From assembly GCA_942493095.1 (NCBI GenBank), contig OW818675.1, forward strand, positions 1,050,001 through 1,082,000: 32,000 bases of DNA, given 5' to 3'. Below the pieces are notes generated by a model, which saw nothing but the letters and a program-made list of their open reading frames with translations, was not told the origin of the DNA and ran no database searches. Made by a program: the position numbers and the translations under genes. This document shows, piece after piece, positions 1-8,105 of this stretch; position 1 is the first letter of the stretch, and each line of letters starts with the position of its first letter. The DNA comes from Candidatus Electronema halotolerans (GTDB lineage Bacteria > Desulfobacterota > Desulfobulbia > Desulfobulbales > Desulfobulbaceae).

Positions 1-228
1 GCGGGAATTCCCTACGGCGCAGTCTGCCGCCCGCGCTTCCGGGAATCAGAGGTGCTGGCCGCCTTTGCAGAACAGGCAATGCCCGCTCTGCTGATCAGCG
101 AGGAGCAGTTCCAGCACAGCGGCTGGCTCAACCTGCTGCCGGAACTGCTTGCCCTCCGGCCCAAAAACACGCCGCCGGAAAACGGCGCACCAGCGGCGGC
201 AGAGTTTCTACGCAGACTCCTGCTCTGA
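1..228 (+). CDS. C-terminal part of an unidentified protein, truncated by the window edge
   Basis: Frame 1 is open from base 1 (AGIPYGAVCRPRFRESEVLAAFAEQAMPALLISEEQFQHSGWLNLLPELL...) to TGA at 226-228; the family is not recognised. Confidence 0.45.
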   Translation, partial: AGIPYGAVCRPRFRESEVLAAFAEQAMPALLISEEQFQHSGWLNLLPELLALRPKNTPPENGAPAAAEFLRRLLL

Positions 229-411
229 GCCAGTCTTTTTCAGACTGCGGCGGGCCGTCTCCTCGTTGATCACCCGGATGCGCTCGGCCAGCTCCTCGCT
301 GACCACCATCCGGCCCTCCAGCACACAGCCTTTGCGGGCTGGAACGCATTCGCCGGAGAGCCTTTTGCAGCGGTTGGCGGCGATATCGTAATTTTTGCAG
401 TGAAAAGTCAT
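208..411 (-). CDS. Small cysteine-containing hypothetical protein (67 aa)
   Basis: Complete ORF MTFHCKNYDIAANRCKRLSGECVPARKGCVLEGRMVVSEEL..., convergent with the upstream partial ORF. Confidence 0.5.
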   Translation of the reverse strand: MTFHCKNYDIAANRCKRLSGECVPARKGCVLEGRMVVSEELAERIRVINEETARRSLKKTGSEQESA

Positions 412-435
412 TGCGTTACAGCTCCGCCCGGCTGA

Positions 436-807
436 TCAGCTCTTCTTTGCCTCCCGCTCCATTTTTTCCAGTATCTCAATGAAGCGGTTGCAGGTGTCTT
501 TGAAATTTTGCAGCATCTTTTTGCCATCCTCGCTCATGCGCTGTTCTTTGGAGGTGTTCAGCATCTTTTTAATGCTTTCATGCACATCTTGATGGAGTTT
601 TTCCATCGCATGCACCTCTGGGAAGGCGGCCAAGTGCTGCATTCCTTCTTGATCATAAAGCCATTTGCCGAAATCACAGCGGGTATGATCCGGCACATCG
701 CTGGGGTTCAGGTTCTCCACCCCATAGAAAAAATCCACTAACTTGGACTGCCAGTTGAGATGAGCAATAATGGCAGCCTGAATGTCCATGGTGTCTAAGG
801 TGCTCAT
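436..807 (-). CDS. Stand-alone chemoreceptor zinc-binding (CZB) domain protein
   Basis: CZB-like pattern: AHLNWQSKLVDFFYG...CDFGKWLYDQEG...FPEVHAMEKLHQDVHESIKKML. Confidence 0.8.
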   Translation of the reverse strand: MSTLDTMDIQAAIIAHLNWQSKLVDFFYGVENLNPSDVPDHTRCDFGKWLYDQEGMQHLAAFPEVHAMEKLHQDVHESIKKMLNTSKEQRMSEDGKKMLQNFKDTCNRFIEILEKMEREAKKS

Positions 808-938
808 GTTTTCTCCTCAAGAGTATTTTTTGCAAGCACGGCTTCTTTGTTTTGATCATAACATGGACAGGCCGCTTCTGTCAACAAATCTTGCGTTTTC
901 AAACGCATATACCACAGCGTCGGCGCGGAGCCGCTTCC

Positions 939-1241
939 TCACCCCCCTGCCTGTTCGGCGACTTTTTTTTCCAGATGTTCCAGCAGTTCAACTAACTGGT
1001 CGCATTCCTTCCTGAACCGGTCCATGACTTCCTGACCAGCAGTGCCCATTCGCATGTCTTTGGGCATGGCCACCAGCTCTTTGATGCCGTCATGCACATT
1101 TTCATGCAAGGTCTCCAAGGTGCTGATTTCTGGAAAATGAGCAAGTTCTTTCAGTCCCTTGGAGTAGAGCCACTTGCCAAAATCACAGCTTGTGTGATCC
1201 GACACATCTGAAGCGTTCAGCTCTTCCACGCCATAAAGGTG
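939..1241 (-). pseudogene. 5'-truncated CZB domain protein (second copy)
   Basis: Reads HLYGVEELNASDVSDHTSCDFGKWLYSKGLKELAHFPEISTLETLHENVHDGIKELV, parallel to the 436-807 gene. The N-terminal CZB helix is missing, and an in-frame TGA followed by ATT lies just upstream, at the edge of an inverted repeat. An internal ATG at 1229 could still give a 96 aa product. Confidence 0.65.
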
Positions 1242-1425
1242 AATTCAAGTTCCAAGTGCAACTTTTTTTGGTTGCAAGAAAAGGCAGTTACGGGAGTGTC
1301 ACAACTTTGCTTTTGTCGCTAACTAAGAGAAAATAATTGAAAATTTACATGAAGTATTCAAAGTGCCAGCCAACCTATGCTTTTTGGATAACCAAAAAAA
1401 GTTGCACTTGCGAGTTGAATCCACA
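1239..1425. mobile_element. Small non-coding element with long terminal inverted repeats (MITE-like, IS30-like ends)
   Basis: Left arm ggtgaattcaagttccaagtgcaactttttttggtt (from 1239) matches the reverse complement of the right arm, tgtggattcaactcgcaagtgcaactttttttggtt (ending 1425). The ends resemble the TGTxGATTCAA...GCAAC termini of IS30-family elements as recalled. No transposase lies inside. Confidence 0.6.
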
Positions 1426-1779
1426 CTAACCAATTGGTATCACATAATTTTCGAGATAGCAACACTCAACAGGGGCACCACCCGATTTTGTCAACCACAG
1501 AAAAACTCGGAGAGCCCACATTTTTCTTATAATTTATTTTACTATGTGTCTCGGTCGTTTGCCAGCCCAACTCAAAAATCTGTGTCAAATAATCACACCT
1601 TTCCGCTCCAGCCTGCTCTTATCCCATTTTCCGATATTTCAAAATCATCCGGGTCTTGACAGTTATGCGCTTATCATTTGAATCCGACTTGCATCCAAAT
1701 TATATGCAGTGAAACCGTGAATTTTATTTTTTACACCTCATTAAAAAAATAATACCTTGCATGTATTTTACTCGTAAAT

Positions 1780-1808
1780 TTGACAACCATGCTCTTTTCA
1801 TCTATACT
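1780..1808 (+). promoter_or_regulatory. Sigma70-like promoter of the small secreted protein gene
   Basis: -35 TTGACA at 1780-1785, 17 nt spacer, -10 TATACT at 1803-1808. Confidence 0.65.
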
Positions 1809-1821
1809 GTAAATAAGAACC

Positions 1822-1836
1822 ATTCTTAATAAGAAT
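1822..1836. promoter_or_regulatory. Palindromic operator-like site ATTCTTA-A-TAAGAAT
   Basis: Perfect 7+1+7 palindrome just downstream of the predicted transcription start, with an additional overlapping TAAGAA half-site in front of it. Confidence 0.45.
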
Positions 1837-1880
1837 CTGCTTGAAAAAACAGGTTGCAGATTACACAGGAGGAGACCTTC

Positions 1881-2156
1881 ATGAAAACATTTATCAGCGC
1901 CTTGTGCGCAGCAGCTATTCTTCTTGTTTCCAGTTCAGCCTACGCAGTTGATGTAGAGAAAAACTGCCTCAGAGGCGATGCGAAAACTGTGGATGAGGCT
2001 TTCAAATTAGGTGTTGAAATGGCAAAAAAAGCAGGATTGGAATTGGGTGATGAAAAAAAAGAAGCGCATATCCATATTCTGTCGAACAAGGAACACAGCC
2101 TCTACACAGTGGAAGTCTGCTCTTCCGCCTGTGAAGAGGATCATGCCGGAGCCTGA
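1881..2156 (+). CDS. Small secreted/periplasmic protein of unknown function
   Basis: Signal peptide MKTFISALCAAAILLVSSSAYA, Shine-Dalgarno AGGAGGA upstream, three cysteines in the mature part. Confidence 0.7.
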   Translation: MKTFISALCAAAILLVSSSAYAVDVEKNCLRGDAKTVDEAFKLGVEMAKKAGLELGDEKKEAHIHILSNKEHSLYTVEVCSSACEEDHAGA

Positions 2157-2245
2157 ATGCCTGCTGTTGCGCATATAACAGCGGCGTGCTCAATCAGCCT
2201 GTTATGTCTCGTCATAACAGACTGATTTGCTGGCAGCACCCCGTC

Positions 2246-2551
2246 TCAGTGCGCTGCCGCCTTGTTTTTGTCCCTGCTGAGGATGGCCTCGGCAAAATCG
2301 CGCAGTTCACCTTCCTCAACCTTATTTTTATCACCGCTGATCAGCGCGTCAGCGAGATCGCGCAGTTTTTCCGGCGCAAAATCCTTGTCTTTGACAATAA
2401 TCGCCTCGGCAAAATCGCTCAGTTCACCGTCAACTTTGTGCTTGTCGCCAGTGATGATGGCCTCGGCCAGATCGCGCAACTCACCATGCGCTCTGTTCTT
2501 GTCGCCGCTGATCAGCGCGTCGGCCAATTCATGCAAGTCTCCGTGCAGCAT
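2246..2551 (-). CDS. Internally repetitive small protein (about 5 copies of a ~20 aa G-E-L-R-D-L-A-E-A-I-I-x-G-D-K motif)
   Basis: MLHGDLHELADALISGDKNRAHGELRDLAEAIITGDKHKVDGELSDFAEAIIVKDKDFAPEKLRDLADALISGDKNKVEEGELRDFAEAILSRDKNKAAAH. The start at 2551 is preferred to the longer track ORF, whose extension overlaps rsmE in antisense. Confidence 0.7.
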   Translation of the reverse strand: MLHGDLHELADALISGDKNRAHGELRDLAEAIITGDKHKVDGELSDFAEAIIVKDKDFAPEKLRDLADALISGDKNKVEEGELRDFAEAILSRDKNKAAAH

Positions 2552-2621
2552 GACGTTTTCTCCTTTCTGAGTTATAGTGTGAACATGCAGACCAGGCAGC
2601 GGCCCGGTCAAAAATAAAAAA

Positions 2622-3389
2622 TTGTCTGAAATGAACCTTGTCCTTTTTGCAGAACAGGAACTGCGCGGTCGCATCCTGCGGCTGACTGATTTCCGGGCTG
2701 AACATATCCGCAAGGTGCTGGGCCTCAAACCCGGCGACAGCCTGCGCCTTGGCATGATCAACGGCAGGCTGGGGCATGGAACTGTCCTCAGCTCTGATGC
2801 AGCCGCAGTGCAGATCGCAGCGCAGCTTGACCGCGAGCCGCCGCCAGCACCGCCAGTGGAGCTGCTCCTCGCTCTGCCCCGCCCGATCATGCTTCAGCGC
2901 ATTCTCAAGCAGGCGGCTGCCATTGGCGTGGCCCGCATCCACCTGCTCCGGTCCGCCAAGGTGGAAAAATCCTTTTTTCACTCGCCCGCCCTGCTGCCGG
3001 AAAAAATCACCGAGCGGCTCTTGGAAGGGCTGGCGCAGGCAGCGGTTGACACCCGCCTGCCGGAAGTCCGCATTCATCCGCAGTTCAAAGCCTTTGTGCA
3101 GGATATTGTGCCACAGCTGGATGGCTGCGGCCTGCTCGCCCATCCCGGTGTTCCCGCCAGCCTGCCAGAGGTCTTTCCTGAAAAACGCGGCCAGCGCATC
3201 CTGCTGGCAGTCGGCCCGGAAGGAGGCTGGAATGACTTTGAAGTCAGCTGCTTCCTTGAGCAGGGCTTTGCCTCCTTTTCCCTTGGCAGCCGCATTCTCC
3301 ACGTTGACACTGCCGCTGCGGTGCTTCTCGGCCAGCTTCAGCTTCTGCGGGACATGCCGCGTCAGTGCTTCCCGGCATCCCTGGCCTGA
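2622..3389 (+). CDS. rsmE: 16S rRNA (uracil(1498)-N(3))-methyltransferase
   Basis: RsmE-type motifs: HIRKVLGLKPGD, LLALPRP...QRILKQAAAIGVARIHLL, LLAVGPEGGWNDFEV, LGSRILHVDTAAAVLLGQ. A start at 2631 (MNLVLF) is also possible. Confidence 0.9.
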   Translation: MSEMNLVLFAEQELRGRILRLTDFRAEHIRKVLGLKPGDSLRLGMINGRLGHGTVLSSDAAAVQIAAQLDREPPPAPPVELLLALPRPIMLQRILKQAAAIGVARIHLLRSAKVEKSFFHSPALLPEKITERLLEGLAQAAVDTRLPEVRIHPQFKAFVQDIVPQLDGCGLLAHPGVPASLPEVFPEKRGQRILLAVGPEGGWNDFEVSCFLEQGFASFSLGSRILHVDTAAAVLLGQLQLLRDMPRQCFPASLA

Positions 3390-5857
3390 ATCGAATAAAA
3401 GCGGTCGATCATCCGTTTATGGCTCAGGGCGACGCTGGAGTCGCGCAGGAGGAGATTGGTCATGTCCTTTTCTGAGATCGGGGCACTGAAGAGAAAGCCC
3501 TGCCCTTCGTCACAGCGGGTTTTTTGCAGGAAAAACATGTGGTCTTCAGTTTCCACGCCTTCGGCAATCACCCGGAAGCCAAGGTTTTTGGCGATTGAGA
3601 TGATGCCCAAGGTGATGGCCGCATCGGTCTTGTTGGTGGTCACATTGGTGATGAAGGAGCGGTCAATCTTGATTTTATCCACCTTGAGATGCTGAAGATA
3701 GCTCAGGGAAGAATAGCCGGTGCCAAAGTCGTCAATCGCGGTTTTCACGCCCTGCTCGCGCAGCCGGTTGATCAGATCCACGGTGAAATCCATGTTTTCA
3801 ATCAAGACCCCTTCGGTGAATTCCACTTCCAAGGCCTCTGGCGGATAACCGGTGCTTTCCACGCAGCTCATGATCTGATGATAGAGATCACGCCGCCGCA
3901 GGAGCCTGCCTGAGAGATTGACGGCCATGATGAACTTCTTGAAGCCCATGTCCCGCCATTTCTTGCCCTGAGCGCAGGCCTTGCGGATCAGGTCAATACC
4001 CATTTTTTCAATCAGGCCAGTGGTTTCGGCAATGGGAATGAAGGCGACCGGCGAGATCAGCCCCTTGACCGGATGAATCCAGCGGGCCAAGGCCTCCATG
4101 CCGCAGATGGAGCCGTTGCTCAGGTTGATCTGGGGCTGGTAGAAGTTGATCAAGTCGTCGTCGGTCACGGCCTTGCGCAGGTCATTCTCCAAATACAGGC
4201 TGTCCGCCGCCTGAATCTTCATGCCGCTGTCCCACTGGCTGATGCGGTTGCCGCCTTCGCTTTTGGCCGCCTCCATAGCCGTGTCCGCATTGCGCAGCAG
4301 TTCGAGCGGCGTGCTGCCGTCCTCCGGGTAGATGCTGAAGCCGATGCTGGGCCGGATGAGAATGGCCCGTGATTCGTTTTTCACCGGGGTGCGGAACCGC
4401 TGCATGATTCTTTCAGCCAGCTTTTTGGCCCGTTCCCGGTCTGTGGGCGGCGGCAGGACAATGGCGAATTCATCGCCGTTCAAACGGGCGACAATGTCCG
4501 CTCCGGCCTCTTTGGCGCATTTTTTGAGAATGGTGGCCACGCTGCATAATATCTTGTCGCCAAAGCCGGGGCCAAAGATGCGGTTGATGCGTTTGAAATG
4601 GTCCAAATCAACATAGAGCAGGCCAAGATTGCCGGACATCTGCTCTCCTTCATCTCCGCTCAGATCAACAGAATCTTCAAGATAACGCTGAAAAGAAGGG
4701 CGGTCGGCAAGACCGGTCAGCGGGTCGCAGGTGATGCCTCTGGCATTGTCCCCGTCTTCCGCCGCCGCAGGGGTCGGCGCAGCGCAGACCGGCGGCGGCA
4801 CTGCCTCGTCGCCGCCGTTGGCATGCGCATCAATCATACAGACAAAGCCTTCCTCCCCGCCTTTGCCGCCGCTGCTGCGGGTGATGGAGAAGCTGAAAGA
4901 TTGCCGACCGTCACGCTCCTCCTCATCCTGCGCCTCTTTCAGCACGGCCCGGCCCTGCCAGCCGCCCTTTTTTTCCGCCTCGCGCAGAGCCGTCGCCAAG
5001 GCCGGACCAGGCTTGGGCAGCATGATCAGCTGATCCAGCCGCATGGTCTGGACAGCGTTCAGCGTGCAGCCGCAGCGGCTGAGAAAAACAGGATTGGCGT
5101 ACAGGACCCGCTGCTCCGGGCTGACAAAAAGCAGGCCGCAGTTCTGCCTGTCTATGATCTGCTGCTGCATGGACAGCTCTTTTTTCATGCGCCGCGAGAT
5201 GGTCTTGGTCCGATGCAGCTCCGCCTGACATTGGTCCAACTGCCGCCGCAGGGCCTCCTCTTCCGCCGCCGCAGACTGCGGCTCCTGCGCTGATTCAGCC
5301 GGAACAGCTTCCGGCTCGGCAGCCTCAGTCGCACTGTCTTCCTGCGGCGCTTCCGTCGCTGTCTCTTCTGATTTCCGGCCCGGCTTCTGCTCCTGAACAC
5401 CTTCCTGAAGGGCGCGGGACATGCTGATCGTGCCCCAGCTCATGATGTTTTCCTCGCAGAAGATGAGCACCGGCCCATCCCAGCCTGGAGGAATCTCCTT
5501 GGCAGCAGCCAAGGCCTTGATCGTGACGGCAAAACGGTTCAGGTCGGTTTTCTCCACCGTGATCAATGAAGCAAAATCATGAAACGGCTCAACGGTCAGC
5601 ACGGGCTGCGGCATTCCCGACACTTCAAAAACAAGCTGGAACTGCGTCTGCTGCTCCGCCGCCTCGGCAGGCAGATGCAGCTTTTCCGGCTGCCAGGTGA
5701 TCGCCGCGCTGCTGCTGGTGCTGTTTCTTCGCTTGTCAATAAAAGGAAACGGGCTTCTGAAGAGGCAGAACTGGCAGGTGAAGCTGTTGCTTTCAATCAG
5801 AGCAGGAGTCAAGGTGATGCTGTTCCGCTGACCGCATTCCTCACAAAAGAGAATCAT
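3362..5857 (-). CDS. PAS-like/GGDEF/EAL cyclic-di-GMP signalling protein with an N-terminal Cys4 zinc-binding-like segment
   Basis: N-term CEECGQRN...CQFCLF; sensor-like region; GGDEF domain (DPLTGLADRPSFQRYL, RLNGDEFAIVL); EAL domain (MEALARWIHPVKGLISPVAFIPIAE, IDDFGTGYSSLSYLQHLKVDKIKIDRSFI, EGVETEDH). Confidence 0.88.
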   Translation of the reverse strand: MILFCEECGQRNSITLTPALIESNSFTCQFCLFRSPFPFIDKRRNSTSSSAAITWQPEKLHLPAEAAEQQTQFQLVFEVSGMPQPVLTVEPFHDFASLITVEKTDLNRFAVTIKALAAAKEIPPGWDGPVLIFCEENIMSWGTISMSRALQEGVQEQKPGRKSEETATEAPQEDSATEAAEPEAVPAESAQEPQSAAAEEEALRRQLDQCQAELHRTKTISRRMKKELSMQQQIIDRQNCGLLFVSPEQRVLYANPVFLSRCGCTLNAVQTMRLDQLIMLPKPGPALATALREAEKKGGWQGRAVLKEAQDEEERDGRQSFSFSITRSSGGKGGEEGFVCMIDAHANGGDEAVPPPVCAAPTPAAAEDGDNARGITCDPLTGLADRPSFQRYLEDSVDLSGDEGEQMSGNLGLLYVDLDHFKRINRIFGPGFGDKILCSVATILKKCAKEAGADIVARLNGDEFAIVLPPPTDRERAKKLAERIMQRFRTPVKNESRAILIRPSIGFSIYPEDGSTPLELLRNADTAMEAAKSEGGNRISQWDSGMKIQAADSLYLENDLRKAVTDDDLINFYQPQINLSNGSICGMEALARWIHPVKGLISPVAFIPIAETTGLIEKMGIDLIRKACAQGKKWRDMGFKKFIMAVNLSGRLLRRRDLYHQIMSCVESTGYPPEALEVEFTEGVLIENMDFTVDLINRLREQGVKTAIDDFGTGYSSLSYLQHLKVDKIKIDRSFITNVTTNKTDAAITLGIISIAKNLGFRVIAEGVETEDHMFFLQKTRCDEGQGFLFSAPISEKDMTNLLLRDSSVALSHKRMIDRFYSIQARDAGKH

Positions 5858-6082
5858 CGATGTTGCATCCGAGAGATGAAAGATTTATGGTATGCCGCGC
5901 TGCGGCAGGCGGTCATGAGCTGCTCTGCCGACGGACCAGCATCTGCATGCAGCCGGAACAAAAGAGCAGACTGGCCTGTTGGCAGCGGCTGCGGGCCGCC
6001 GTCAAGCAGTATAAAAAATACTACCATTGATTCTGAATGCGGTCAATCATCTGAGAGCGCAGGAAGGGAATAAGAGGACAAA

Positions 6083-6616
6083 ATGGAGCAGGGCGGAAAA
6101 AAAGGCCTTTTCATCATCTACACAGGCCAAGGCAAAGGCAAAACCACTGCGGCTCTCGGCCTGAGCCTGCGCGCTTTGGGGCATGGACACCGGGTCTGTT
6201 TCATCCAGTTCATCAAGGGCAGCTGGAAATACGGAGAAATGGAGGCGGTCGCCCGCTTTGCCGATCTGCTTGACTTTCATGTCATGGGCCGGGGCTTCAC
6301 ATGGAATTCCGATGACCTGCGGAAAGATGCCGAAGCGGCCCTCCGAGGCTGGGAACTGGCCCGGAAGGTGCTTGCCGAGGGCAGACACCGCTTAGTGGTG
6401 CTGGATGAGCTGACCTATCTGATCCGGTACAAGATGCTGACGGAAGAGGACGTGCTGGCCGTGCTCGACCGGCGCGCCCCGGCCACTCATGTGGTGATCA
6501 CAGGCCGGGGCGCAGGAGAGGGTCTGATCCAGGCCGCTGACTTAGTCACCGAGCTGCAGGAGGTCAAGCATCCTTATGCCTCAGGAGTCAAAGCGCAGCA
6601 GGGCATAGAGTTTTAG
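6083..6616 (+). CDS. cobO: Cob(I)yrinic acid a,c-diamide adenosyltransferase (BtuR/CobO family)
   Basis: Walker A GQGKGKTTAALGLSLRALGHGHRVCFIQFIKG; VVLDELTYLIRY; HVVITGRGA. Confidence 0.9.
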   Translation: MEQGGKKGLFIIYTGQGKGKTTAALGLSLRALGHGHRVCFIQFIKGSWKYGEMEAVARFADLLDFHVMGRGFTWNSDDLRKDAEAALRGWELARKVLAEGRHRLVVLDELTYLIRYKMLTEEDVLAVLDRRAPATHVVITGRGAGEGLIQAADLVTELQEVKHPYASGVKAQQGIEF

Positions 6617-6630
6617 CCAGCCTGAGGTGC

Positions 6631-7122
6631 TCACAGCAGCTCTTTGACATCCTCCTCAACAACCTGACGCGGAGCATAGCCTGGATAGCTTTTCACCACA
6701 CTGCCTTTTCTGTTGATCAAGAATGAGGTGGGGACCCCGGAAATGCCGCCAAAGCCGTTGATGACACGTTCGTCAGCCATCAGGACAGGATAGTTTATAT
6801 CCTCAATTTCAATCAATTTTTTTACAACCTCGCTGCCGCCTTCATCCACGGAGATGCCCACGATGGAGAAGCCTTTGCCGCCCAATTTTTTTTGCAGCTT
6901 AATGAATTCCGGGATCTCTTGGCGGCAGGGCGGACACCAGGTGGCGAAGAATGTCACCAGCAGCACTTTGCCTTGAAAGTCCTTGCTGCTGACGATGCTG
7001 TCATCTGCGGCAGAAGAAAGAGCAAATTCAGGCATGGCCTTGGCGGCCAGCACCGTGCTGCCGGAGAAAGAAAACAGCAATACAGTTACGATGAGAAACG
7101 CAATGGTCGCAATCCGATTCAT
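6631..7122 (-). CDS. TlpA/ResA-like thioredoxin-family lipoprotein or periplasmic protein
   Basis: N-terminal signal/anchor; SSKDFQGKVLLVTFFATWCPPCRQEIPEFIKLQKK with a CPPC active site; SGVPTSFLINRKG. Confidence 0.88.
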   Translation of the reverse strand: MNRIATIAFLIVTVLLFSFSGSTVLAAKAMPEFALSSAADDSIVSSKDFQGKVLLVTFFATWCPPCRQEIPEFIKLQKKLGGKGFSIVGISVDEGGSEVVKKLIEIEDINYPVLMADERVINGFGGISGVPTSFLINRKGSVVKSYPGYAPRQVVEEDVKELL

Positions 7123-7285
7123 AAAAATAACACCTGTGAAAAAAAGATAAGAATAACAGGAAATATCTTCAACTATTCTGATTGCGTCATTATTACCTCC
7201 ATCAGCAGGGCCTTGTCAAGCAGGGAAGCGAAAAGGGCGCAGTTTCCAGCACTGAAGCAGACATGAACACTACAGAGGCGCATCC

Positions 7286-7999
7286 ATGAAAAGCTGCTGG
7301 CTCAGAGGCAATGGCAGCAGGGACTGCCTTGTCTTCATGGCGGGCTGGGGCATGGGGCCGGAGCCGTTTGCCGAGCTGGCCTCCGGGCCTGCGGACCTGC
7401 TGCTGCTCTATGATTATCGGACGTTGGACGATGCTGTCCTTGCCGAGCTGCACGGCAAAGAGCATCTGCATCTGCTGGCGTGGTCAATGGGGGTCTGGGC
7501 AGCGGCCTGGCTGCAGCAGCACAGTGAGCTGTTTTCGGCCCTGAATTTCCAGTCAGCCACAGCTGTCGGCGGCACTTTGCGGCCTGTTGATGATCAGCAT
7601 GGCATTCCGGTGCAAGGCTTTGCCGAGATGCTCAAAGACATGTCCGCAGAAAAAATGGAGGCCTTTTATCGCTCCATGTTTGACCGCGAGGAAGAGGCGG
7701 ATCACTTTCTTTGCCGCCGCCCGCAGCGCGCCTGCGCCGAACTGCGCGAGGAGCTGGGCTGTCTGCACGACCTGTGCCGCTGCTCAGGAGATATGCCGGA
7801 CATCTACAGCCGCCGGATTGTCACCAGCCGGGACCGGATTTTTCCGGCCCGCAATCAGCTCAGGGCCTGGGGACGGCAGCAGTCCCTTGCCGCTGCCCTG
7901 CCGCATTTTCCCTTTTACCGGCAGGACGCAGCAGGAGCGTTGCGGACGGACCTGTTTCAGTTCAATCAGTTGCAAGCAGATCAGCCTGCCGGAGCCTGA
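7286..7999 (+). CDS. bioG: BioG-type (DUF452) pimeloyl-ACP methyl ester esterase
   Basis: LVFMAGWGMGPEPFAEL, LLLLYDYRTLDD, HLLAWSMGVWAA nucleophile elbow, NFQSATAVGGTLRPVDDQHGIPVQGFAEML. Confidence 0.75.
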   Translation: MKSCWLRGNGSRDCLVFMAGWGMGPEPFAELASGPADLLLLYDYRTLDDAVLAELHGKEHLHLLAWSMGVWAAAWLQQHSELFSALNFQSATAVGGTLRPVDDQHGIPVQGFAEMLKDMSAEKMEAFYRSMFDREEEADHFLCRRPQRACAELREELGCLHDLCRCSGDMPDIYSRRIVTSRDRIFPARNQLRAWGRQQSLAAALPHFPFYRQDAAGALRTDLFQFNQLQADQPAGA

Positions 8000-8105
8000 C
8001 AAGCTGGCCGCAAAAAAAACTTGCAGTTTGCCAGCGGCGGTTTCATACTGAACAGTGAATCTGTTCCGCATTATGTCCGCGCAATTCAACACAGGGAGTT
8101 CACGC

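Noticed and set aside
1363-1659. 98 aa plus-strand ORF
   Set aside because: It crosses the right arm of the inverted-repeat element and AT-rich intergenic DNA, with no recognisable domain.
2246-2890. Full 214 aa minus-strand ORF
   Set aside because: Only the part from the ATG at 2551 carries the repeat pattern; the extension is antisense to rsmE and low-complexity.
5579-6073. 164 aa plus-strand ORF, partly intergenic
   Set aside because: Mostly antisense to the GGDEF/EAL gene and without a recognisable domain or clear ribosome binding site.
5858-6082. Cobalamin riboswitch ahead of the cobO-like gene
   Set aside because: The region was read for a B12-box-like core and none was convincing. 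An Infernal search with the Rfam cobalamin model would decide.
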